Positions 13,090-23,700 of a stretch of DNA of 64,000 bases are shown one piece after another. The notes beneath the pieces were generated by a model. The model worked only from the letters and a program-made list of their open reading frames with translations. It was not told the origin of the DNA and ran no database searches. Source of the DNA: Squalus acanthias (Eukaryota). The stretch covers positions 41,850,001 through 41,914,000 of the forward strand of contig CM059436.1 in assembly GCA_030390025.1 (NCBI GenBank), given 5' to 3'. The position numbers and the translations under genes were made by a program. Each line of letters opens with the position of its first letter. Within the stretch, counting starts at the first letter, position 1.

Positions 13090-13500
13090 GAGAGCTCCCA
13101 ATGACTCAGTCAGCGAATGCACCTCTGAGTGTGGTACTGAGCCGTGTGGCCGAGGGAAGCCCCAGATTTAATTCCGAGCCTCTCTTAAATTAGCTTATCT
13201 TAGTCGTGATGGCAGTTGGAGTGCCACAGTTGGCCTCAGTGCCCCAGGCTAGGAAAGGCTGAACACAACAATCAAGCAGGTGTCCCACTCTTGATCACTA
13301 CACAATGACTCTTGCTAGAAAGTACATGCAAGACTGTTAAGTGATGACAGGTTTGGGCTCTGCAATGATTCCTTCCCTTCATTGTCGAGTAACCTGCCAA
13401 TGCTCACTGCCTTAGCTCGCACAAGAAGAATGGTCACTTATTGGAGGGCTGTCAGTACCCACAGAACTGTACCTCAGCATGAATCATACATTTAGGAGAG
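13090..13500 (+). mobile_element. Old SINE-like dispersed repeat (unnamed family, copy 1)
   Basis: Homologous to the reverse complements of 35098-35466 and 41255-42500; degenerate tRNA-like head. Confidence 0.6.
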
Positions 13501-16315
13501 ATGGAGTGAAGAAAGTGAGCAAATGAACAGTCACTGAAGTGATACATACATGCATTAGTTATAATTTGTTTAAAATTTTTAGGAACTACAGGGTACATTT
13601 TTAAAAATACTTAACGGTCAGACAAAACAATTGGATTTATAAAGATAAATACAACAAATCTGTGGGTTCATTCTTTTGTCATTTTGTAAATATATCTTTA
13701 AATTTCACTGCACATTTCCCCAATCATATTAAGCTAACTGCACCTCTAAAGAAAATTCTATCATAGCATCTTTTATCAGGAGCTATTAAAACAACCTTAT
13801 CATTAGTACATTGTTAAAAAAACAAGCATATCATTAATACAATGTTAGGTAACTTATACTTTATGCAACTGATCTCGAACAGTAAATGCAAAAAGCATCC
13901 TAAATTCAAGGTACAGCAAATAGATGCCACTGCTACTCAAAATACTGTAAAGCAGAACTGATCAATTGGCTAATTTCCCTTTTAAGTGCTTATGCTGAAA
14001 GCAACTGTTCTCCCAAGAAAGCGCTAGCTGTTTCTAGGATACTTACACACGCACAATGACTCATGTTGGAATAGATTTGGTAAACATACAGCTGCACAGA
14101 ATGCAAGCACAGCCCATTCAAGGCCAGAAGAAATGAGCACAAATAAATATTAAGGAGGTAAGAAAACGTACAGCTCTGTCCCAGCAGCTCATGTGGCTCA
14201 CCTCATTCTTTCAGCTTCAGCTTTGTTAAGACAGATGACATTCAATTCTACATGTCATGCAAAATAGACAATAACTGCTGAAACTTGAGCCAGCTGCCAG
14301 GTGTAAAAAAAGAAAAGATGATAAATCCATAAATTAATGAAAGACATCTGCTCAGGAAAATAAAAGATCAGAGAAATACTGCACTGCAGCTGAACCTAAA
14401 GCAGTGTTCAAACACCACATGAGTTTGTGTGTAGTCTGCATACAGAGTTTTTACAAGGCAAATATGTAGTATTACCTGAGAGGCAGATGAGTCGTTATGT
14501 CAGTGTAGTACAATATAGAACTGTACAGTTGGATCAAAGACTGCAGCAGTGCAACTGGAATATTAATTACCATTTTCAATTCAGTATAGGAAATTAAAGA
14601 CTTTTTAAATCATACTTTAGTCGGGATAATAAAGCTTGCTTAAAAAATTATCAAAAGCTGCATATGCTTTAGAAATGTTACTGTAAGTATGATTGTTATG
14701 ATTCTTGCTACCAGAGAATTCGTATTACAAAATTTGTGATCAAAAAGATAAGTGCAACATTGGAGGTATAATTTCTAAATTCTGGTTTGTTCTAGTTATC
14801 ATATTTTGAGTAATTTCAAGTTATATGCAATGTAATCTTAGTTACTAGATTACTCTCAATTAAATACATTGGCAGTGGACCAATTATTAAACAACATTAG
14901 AACCCGATTACAGTTCTATTTTTTCTGCCCATCCCCATTTATTACTTGTCACAACTCAAGTTTCTATCCCTTATTCTATGATAGATCCATGGAGATTGAC
15001 GGTTCAGATATTTTAGCCTTGCATAATGCTTTAGCTCTGTTCCAATTTGCTGTATGCAAATTTTTTTGTATTCTACAAGGCTATTTTCTTGAGATGCAAA
15101 GAGGGTTCGTGACGTGGAAGATCATGGCTGGAATCTTGAGAACAACAGTTCAACTGTTTCCTTTATCATTGCAATAAAACTTGTGTCCAATTAATATGGT
15201 TTTATTCGCAACCCTGCAGAACATATTCACGATCAAATCTAAATTTACTCTATGAGATGCACCTTTACACAGTTGCAAATAAAGTATATTTCTCTTATAT
15301 GTTCACATTCTTTCCTTCTGCTTCATTAAGGACAGAGTTCTATACTTAGTGAAGAAGGTGTTGCCATTTTTTGCTTGTTACATAAGAGGACAATACAATT
15401 ATTACTACAGGAGCGAAATAAGGCTGCGCGCCCTCTGAATTAATTAAGCCGATCACCTCAAAATTCCTACAACATACACAAGTTTAATATACTGGTGGGG
15501 GAGGGCAATAAAAAAGGAGAAAGTCATTAATAAACAATACGGCTACATATTATGGATTTTGAATGTAACTGTCAGAATAAGGTAATAAATATATAATAGC
15601 AATCTTAAATATACATTTTTGCTACCTGTGAAATATGTAACTGGCTATTATATCCCGAAATACAACAGTGTGCTGCTAAGCAACAACAAATGGTGCAGTA
15701 TGTTACTGACTCCTGTCAACAAATCTTTGTAAGAGCAAAAATAGAAGCCCTATTACTTTGACAAAGTGATACGATAAAGCAAAAGGAAAAGCTATACAGA
15801 GAACTGGCTCTTTGACAGAGGGCGATTTGCAGCAAATAATCCAGCACAATTGTTATCATTCAAAAAAAGTGTTGAAAAGAAAATGTATACCCTTTTACCT
15901 AAAATATAGAAAAAAAGCAAGTACAGTAAATCTTGTGAAAGAAGTTCAGTTTAGCTGAGCCCACTCTGATCGTGCTCACAAGCTTTTAAAATCATTTGCT
16001 TTGTATATACAAGGACAAAAGATTTCTGTGTACAGCTGAACAGAGGTTAATCATGCATAGCAGGCAGCTGCACTGAACTTGCAGAACATTGGAGGGTGGG
16101 GGTGATGCACTTGTTGCATCTTCACCGTGTTTGGGTTATGCAAAAGCAGGTAATGATGGTACATAAAATGAATGCCTCAGGGATGTGGATTCCCTTCTGA
16201 AAGTTCAACTCACCATTCTAATAGGATACCAAGGCCACTAATTAGGTGAAAACTTGTACTCTGTCTAACTGCATACACCTATATTAGACACTAACAAATA
16301 ATCAGAAAAGGATAT

Positions 16316-18028
16316 TGTATTTCCAGAATATGGTGAAATGTCTGCCATATCCTGCAAGTCACCACACTCAGATTTAATGAGAGACAGAGAGAGACCTTCA
16401 GCTGTGCTGGATGGATGCATTGGTGAGCACGGACGATGGTTCATGTGGTGTGATGACACTTTGGTCCGCAGACAGGCAGTTTCCCTGGTCAAGTCTAAGG
16501 ACTCAGGAGATGACCTGTCTTTCCCAGAAACTGTGCTGGAGGCATTACCTAGAGAGCTCTGAAAGGAATAGGCCATAAGAGGGAGAGGCAGAGGGTGGCG
16601 GAAAGCAGGGGATGAAAATCCTGCTGCAGCTGAGAGCGGGGACTGATGAAGAGAGCTGTGGTGGCCACCCATAGAAGGGGTGGAGGCAGATTGTTCTGAT
16701 GAGTTTTTGCGTACTACTAGGGGCAGTGCTTCTGTCTGGTCTGAAGAATTAGATACATGCATGTTGGCAAAAGTGTTCAACGGGTTGGAAATGATGACAT
16801 CACCAAAGCACTGAAGCCGTTGATTAGTAGTATGGAAGTTGTGGTTTTCTCCATTCACAGCAAATCTTGCCTGTGGAATCTGGATAGGTGGGAAGACCTG
16901 AGGAAGCTGGTGGGAGGATTTAGAGAACATTTTGACTACAGAGTCCACTACTTGTGACATGGTGGAATTAAGTTCCTGTTTAAGAGTCTCAGCTAGCTGT
17001 TTCCCCTCAGCATGCAAGGTGGCCAGGCCTTGGCTTTTCCTTGAGTGGCCATCTCTCTTTAGTTTTTCATTTTCTGCTGCCATTTCCTGTTCCCTAATAA
17101 GAGCACGAGCACGATCAAGGAAGTGTCCTGGATCTAGGTCTGACATCTCATTGTCAGACCTGTCGTGTGCCCTAGTATCAGCGGTTTCTGATTGCATGCT
17201 GTCTTCCGACATGTTGCCATCTTCATCATTCTCAGAATCTGTACTGTCGTATATTTGGTAGAACTTTTCCTGGAGCTGGCGCAGTTGCTTTTGCATGTCT
17301 TCCAATTGCTGCTTCAATTGCCGTCGTTCTTCTCGCTTTTGCTCTTTCCGGGCTGTAACCAACTGTTGAAAACTCTGTTGCTGCTGTTGGGGAAGCTTCT
17401 GCTTACGTTTGTTTTCCCTATAGCTTTCTCTGGGACTCACAGGCTGCTGCACCCCATCTCGATCATTCTCTCCACCCCGCAATGCCACATTCGGTGAATG
17501 ACTCATGCCTCGAATTATGTTCTCAACTCGGGCGCGTTTGGCCCGTAGATGTTCATCGCAAAGCCGATCCACATCAAACTGGCTCATGCTGGGCCTGCTA
17601 AATGGCGACACGCATTCTTGGGCACTTTCCCTTGAAGAATTGCTGCAGGCATCCTCCTGATTTGCTTCTGAGCCTGTGCTGGAGAGACCACTGGCTTGCA
17701 AATTGAGTTCTGTGCTTCCATTCTTGGTCGCATTATTTTTCAGCAGCTGGGAAATTATGGTAGCTCCAGGAAAAGGCATCATGGCATCTTCATACGAGTT
17801 TGCCCTCTTCAACAGCTTGCGGAGCACATTTGATTTGTCCCCATCTGTATGTTGAACCACTGAGCACTCAATGTCCTGATCTGAACCGTGGGGATTCATG
17901 GCACTGAATAGCTTCACTTTCGCTTTAGTAAACACCGTAGATGTCCCTACAGTTCTCTTCACTCCAATGTCGACTCTTCGTCTTTTAGTATGTCTAGTTA
18001 AGAGGGCTATGCTGTCATGGTCAGGCAT
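16316..18028 (-). CDS. PROX1: PROX1 coding exon 2 (571 codons, N-terminal to the homeo-prospero domain)
   Basis: Translation MPDHDSIALLTRHTKRRRVDIGVKRTVG...LRKLLKRANSYEDAMMPFPGATIISQLL...DISPYSGNT is collinear with vertebrate PROX1, including the LRKLL and ISQLL nuclear-receptor boxes. True ATG is 18028-18026 (the ORF track starts at the preceding GTG). The exon ends at the U12 donor ACA|ATATCCTTTT. Confidence 0.98.
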
Positions 18029-18095
18029 CACTGGACTGTTATTGTGCCATCTTCAAAAGCTTGTCAGCTGGGCACAGCTCGAGAATCCCGGGACC
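18029..18095 (-). other. PROX1: PROX1 exon 2 5'UTR portion
   Basis: Acceptor TCCTTTTGTTCTATTGGCTAG|GGTCCCGGGATTCTC, 67 nt upstream of the ATG; resembles the mammalian exon 2 start as I recall it. Confidence 0.85.
18039..18050 (-). promoter_or_regulatory. Minimal upstream ORF (ATG GCA CAA TAA; M-A-Q-stop)
   Basis: AAGATGG strong Kozak context; stop lies 10 nt before the main ATG. Confidence 0.75.
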
Positions 18096-18491
18096 CTAGC
18101 CAATAGAACAAAAGGACTGATGAATCATTTTCTTTAATTTTTTCCAAATTTCCTGACCTCAATTCTGCATAAAGTAGAAATGCGCTGGTAGTGGGATTTA
18201 TGGCACATTACATTTATTACAATTCATTATGCACTCAGTATGAAATGAAACATTTTAAAATATTTCTGCTCCAATGCTTTAAGATGGATTAAGATTTTTT
18301 AAAAAGCAAAACTGCTTAAGCACCAGTAATATGATTCACCTGTACGAATGCCTAAAATTATACTGTTTATCTTAAAAGGGGGAAAAAAAAATAACCAAAA
18401 TACAATAACCTATTGATTAAATCAGACTTCAAAGTCTGAAAAAAATTCAAACAATCAGTCTGATTACAAAAAAACACTGATGTATTATATC

Positions 18492-18636
18492 ATATCTCTG
18501 TACTGTTACATACTGCATTATCATAGCCTTTGCCATTGAAAACTACAGTTTACTGAAAAGATTATATATCTCTGTACTGTTACATACTGCATTATCATAG
18601 CCTTTACCATTGAAAACTACAGTTTACTGAAAAGAT
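18492..18636. repeat. Tandem duplication, period 74 bp, 2 copies
   Basis: ATATCTCTGTACTGTTACATACTGC...TTTACTGAAAAGAT occurs twice with one substitution. Confidence 0.93.
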
Positions 18637-21600
18637 GTCCTGACATAAAATTTAAGTTTATTTTGTTCAAGTTTAATTTTTTTAATTTCTTTTCTATGCA
18701 CTCTTAACTACTGAACTTGTTAATTTACATCCATTTCTTCTACACTTCATTCCTAGAATGCCATGAAGATATGGCATTAGTGACTGCACAAAATGAAAGA
18801 CAGCAGAGCAAACCTAAATATAGGTTTAGGCCATCCATTTATTCTTTTTTTAACCCTATATATAGGTAACGGTTGGTGAAAGGTTATCTATCGCTGTGGT
18901 CGTAAGATATAGCTTCCTGTTTCACACCCTACAAAAAAAACAGAAGTGACAATGACGTGACTAAACATTTACATCAATTTGCAAATCTTATGGTAATATT
19001 TATCTGATCAAAGCTAAAAAGATATATATAAAACAATGAGACTTATGTACTGATCAAAGATATTTATTTGTTTTATAATTTAGTGAAAAATAATTTTCGG
19101 ATGCAAGTATGTGAGAATTCCTTTATATCCTCAATCTCATTAGAAAATGATCTAAAATGTTCAGCAACAGAGCAAGAAAACATCAAACAAAAGCGTGGGA
19201 AAGGAAGGGAATATATTTTCTTTTATGTCAGAGCCCCTGATTTCCCAAGAACAGAAACACAGCTAACATGTTTGCATCATTTCTCACATAAAGACAACCT
19301 AGATGTAATCCATGCCTGGTTAATGAGCACAGACATAACCCCATGGAAGTTTCAAGTGCTGGTCCTATTGAATATAGGGTTTAGGTTTTTAACCTACATA
19401 AACAACAAATCACAATATATTTTTCATGCTAGATTTATCCTATGTGAAACTTTTACATCAGCTGAAAGCGCACATCTCCACAATAGCATGACTGCTTGCC
19501 AAAGGCAGCATGCGGACATTTTGGAATTGCTCCCATCCCTTTCAGTTCACCTGTAAAAACATCTACATATTCCCCAAGACCACAGCTGTGACAATCATTA
19601 GAGAATCACGGTCTACCTAAGCAACTGTTCGCTTTCAGTGTGCAAATACATTTGTAAATGTCCATCTCAAGATTTTTTTTTAATCAGCCCACTTACCTGC
19701 GGAAAGATTTGATATTTAAGCTTGCAATTTGTCAGTCTCCTGAACGCATTGCTCATAATTAATATAAAATAGAACAAAACATAATTCTTCGGACGACACA
19801 GCCATCAGAACTTACCACTGCTGGTTAATCTGCATCTCGTGGAAGTTGCTGACCACTGAAAGTATAAACATTTAACCAGCTAAGTATGTTTCCAGAGTTA
19901 CAATATCAAAAATAGTAATGTTCTACACTGTTTAAATGCCTTCCAGTGGACTTAATTTAATTTTAAAGACCTCAACAGTAAATTGCCTTCAAAAATGTAG
20001 TTTTCTCATTCCATCCAGTTTCTTAAAAAACAGAATTCCTTTAGTAGTTAAAGATGCAGAATAAATTTTAAACCTCTTTAACAAATATTTTGGTAGGTCA
20101 TTATACAAGATATTTAACTTGTTCTCCAAAAATATAAAATTATATACCAACCCTTAAAAAGTCAGTGCTTCATGCGGGGAGCGGGGGGCGGGCGGGGAGG
20201 GGGGGACAACAGAGTTGTTGTGTTGTAAACATTTAGACATGAATGGCTTCTAATTATTCTCTTGGTAGGCAAATAAAAATGGATGCACAGTCTTTAGCTC
20301 ATTAGCACCTGGAAGACATACATTTTCAACAATTCTATTCCTTGGGAATAAAGTGGTCTGGTTACCTGAAGCAAGCACAAAATTCCAGTACATGCTTCTA
20401 GTCACCTGCAGATTGGGGCATAACATTTTGTGGTAAATCAGTTATGTGTTTATTAAGCTTCAGTTGCAATAAAGACAGCAGTTGTTGTTTAGCCTTCTGG
20501 TGGGGGGAGGGGAAGAATGGGGAGGGGAAGAATGGAGAAACTGATTCAAGTGGCTGTTGTAGGCTCTAAATTGATTAACAAGACTGTGTGTGGGTGGAAA
20601 AATAATTGAAGAATGACAACACTCTTAAAAGGAACTATAGTTTTACGATTCTAAAAAGTCTCAATTTCATCATGGAAAAATATATAGACACTTTCTAAAA
20701 GTGTAGTTTTGCATTAATATAAAAACATTCCCAATTTTATAATTTTCCAGGTCCCATCTACAAGTATATTATGTGAGAGACACATTGTTAATATCTTGAC
20801 ATTTTAAGTATCCAATAATTCTCAAGTCCTTTCTGCCTTTCTACTGAAACATCATAAATCAAAACACGCTTACTGAAGCTAAATCTATGACTGTAGGGAT
20901 GTGTTGTCTTTTTAGTTTTCCTCTCTACAGCTGAACCAAGTACATAATATTCTGCACACCTGCAATGTAACATACACTGCACGGTATCTAATCCAGTGTA
21001 CACGCAATTCTGTGCAAAAGATTCCGCACTTGAGAAAAATAACTTGAATAATCACAGATGTTTGACAGCATTATCTTTTAAAAAACTTTATAGCCACTAT
21101 AAATGTAGGCTCCTAATCTATGCCAGGTAACAACCCAGTTTTGCTTTTACTGATATAGACAGGGGCTATAAAATATGGGAAGGATTAAATAAATGCCATT
21201 TACTTTGAAGCAGTTTCAAAAGTCGAATTGACATTTAAGAAAATTAAAGAAACACTTTATGGAGGCTGATAGATGTGGGAAAAGATGCTGTTACCTAGAA
21301 CTCCATTGTTACAACACAGCTGTTACTTTGAATCATTTCAAGAGAACCAAAGTTGCAAATGTATCTTTAAAATATTTCCAAGCCAACAATTTTCCTGAAG
21401 TTCTTTGTGGGTTTTTTTTTGAGCAGTTGGAAAGCTACAAAACGTGTTTCTACAGACCTGTGGTTAGCTTAGCCCTGTGTGTACGGCACAATTGACAGAT
21501 TAATTCAATACATTTAAACGGGTGCTTTGTCAAGTGATCTGATGAAAACGAGCGTTATGTAGACTGTATATTGTTCCATATTACAGGTTTTTTTTTTACA

Positions 21601-23278
21601 ACGCAGACAGACATTTAAACAACAAAGGGCGACACCGTCTTTTTTTAAAGTTTACTCCCGGGTGGCCGGGATCTAATTTGATCCATCGTGATTTCCCATC
21701 AGATCTGGTGGCAGGCTGAACTCTCTTTCTCAAGACGGACACGGAGTGCTGCTGCTCCCGTGTAACACGAAGCTGCACCTGCCTGTCTGACACAGCGCAC
21801 CTGTCCGCCACTGCCCATGCGCAGTCTCTGCCTCATGCCAACCCCATTCAACACCTTTCACCATCAGCAACGCTCGCCTTTTAAAAACAAGCTGTCTTGA
21901 AGTGCTTACCAGCCGGGGCCGGGGCCGGAGCCGGGAAGAGAGCCTTTAGGAAAACATTAGCAAAGCGAGCCTTCCGTTGGTGTGCCTGGGCTACGGGGCA
22001 TCCAGCAGCTGGCTGGGTAAACATCAATATCAGGAACAATGTACAAGACTAGCAGGGATGCCAGCCACTTTGAATTGTCTGTAAACAATTAAAGGCAATT
22101 CTAAAGAGGTCACAGCTGAGCAGAACAAACCCAGATCTCCACCAACCTCAAACTAAAGGCGGCAATACGCAAGTATTGGGGAGTGACGCGTACTGGGCAG
22201 TTTTTCGGGCTTAGTGTTACAGAATGACGTTTTGAACCAGCAAGAACTGTTTTGGGGGTTCATTTAATCAGGCCACGAAACTGCATTTCCAAGATTCGTG
22301 ATGCTGCAGAAACCACTTTCTGAAAGTTGATTTTACTTTCTCGACCGGGCCACTTCTTTTCCCTAACTCGTCTCCAAGTAATCTACAACACGCTTGCATT
22401 TAAATCAAAATGCGTCTTCCCCACAAATACTATCGCTCCAACTGTTCAAACGCAGCAGTTGCAATTTTGCTTTCTGTTAATCACTCCTTGTCAACGCAGC
22501 CCCGACCATTCGATCTGACAGCGCACCTCCACGCTTAACACATTGAGAGCAGTGCCAGAGTTTCATTACGCTATTGCTACGATCGCACACAGATCAAGAT
22601 CCAACACACTGAGATTCGGCGAATTTTAAGAGCAGAATTGTAAATGGGTACAAAGGGGGAATTGTTGACAAAGGACACCTTGTGACGACAACTTCTTTGT
22701 CCATGTCTGACCATCAATACAGCCAGCAAGGGAGGGGAGGGGAGGGGAGAGGGGGAGGCAAAGACTGGAGCCAGTGTGATCCTCTGTATACTTTAAAAAG
22801 CCTTCATTTAATCACTGCCCCTATCAAAGTTTTAATGAAACCCAGGCGTGAACACAATGCAAGGCGAATCCAACGACACAATAGCACATTTGCAAAATAA
22901 ATAATATCCCAAAAGAAAGCAAACCGAAACCAACACATCTGCACCAGGTCAATATAAAAAAGGAAGTATCCATGCAAATCAAAAGCAAATCCGTTGCATG
23001 ACGAGACACGAAATACCTAGGATACAATACTTCACAAAAGACAAAGAGGCAGCAGATGATGGGACAAAAGAGTACAATGCAATATTTGGAAAACAAGCAG
23101 CGTATTGTGTACAAAACAAAAAGGGGTTAGAAATACTTTTCTGCTCCTCCTTCTCTCTTTCCAAAATACATTTTTTTTTAAAAAGCCCCTCTGAAGGGAA
23201 TAGGAACTAGCTGCAAGCAAGCGTTTAAAGTTTCTGAAGGACGTAGAAAAAAGGTAAGTAAGGGACAAGGTTACTTAC

Positions 23279-23470
23279 TGTGTTGTAGTATTAGTAGCCA
23301 GCGAGGAGGAAAGCTTGCTGCTTGTAGGAGGGAGGGAGAGAGAGAGAGAGAAGGGGAAAGATGGTGAGGATATTGTATACCTCCAGGAGGCAGGGCTTCG
23401 CGCCGCTCTCCTCTCTCTGATTGTTAATTCTGCGCGAGCCGCTGAAGATACACTTCAAGACGCGAGGAAG
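23279..23470 (-). other. PROX1: Probable non-coding PROX1 exon 1 (5' end uncertain)
   Basis: Donor ACA|GTAAGTAA at 23278, directly downstream of the CpG-rich promoter; CT-rich leader sequence. Confidence 0.55.
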
Positions 23471-23700
23471 GAAACAGGAAGAACGCGCGTCATAGTCTTT
23501 GTGACGTCACCTGGTCGAACCAATCGCGACCGCGAACGCTGCCGTCCAATGAGAAAAGACTTGGCGGTCGGCTTCAAAAATATTCCCTTCCAACCAATCG
23601 GCGCGAGGACTGGGGAATCGTGTCACGTGCTCCAGGGATTGGGCTTTTTCTCCCCCCCCCCCTTTCGTTCAGCAATTGCCAACTTTGGCTCGAGACGCTG
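23400..23700. promoter_or_regulatory. CpG-rich PROX1 promoter
   Basis: Dense CpG/CGCG; CRE palindrome GTGACGTCAC 23501-23510; CCAAT at 23520, 23546, 23594 and ATTGG at 23638; E-box GTCACGTG 23622-23629; tandem GGAA motifs 23465-23480. Confidence 0.8.

Larger units (their letters stand above)
4068..16315 (-). other. PROX1 intron 2, U12-type AT-AC intron (12,248 nt)
   Basis: 5' site ATATCCTTTT (16315-16306), branch site TTTTCCTTGAC (4092-4082), terminal AC (4069-4068). Splicing restores the known PROX1 reading frame. Confidence 0.95.

Noticed and set aside
16265-16315. C-terminal ISFSDYLLVSNIGVCS of the 588-aa ORF as the normal PROX1 end
   Set aside because: It is read-through past the U12 donor; PROX1 homology stops at YSGNT and resumes in exon 3.
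16338-18137. Plus-strand ORFs overlapping exon 2
   Set aside because: Antisense shadows of the PROX1 coding sequence with no recognisable protein features.
19068-19556. 162-aa plus-strand ORF in intron 1
   Set aside because: Non-ATG start, AT-rich, no recognisable domain.
22670-22682. AAG|GTGTCCTTTG on the minus strand as another U12 donor
   Set aside because: Mismatch at the nearly invariant +3 A, and the exon 2 acceptor is an ordinary U2-type site without a clear U12 branch sequence.
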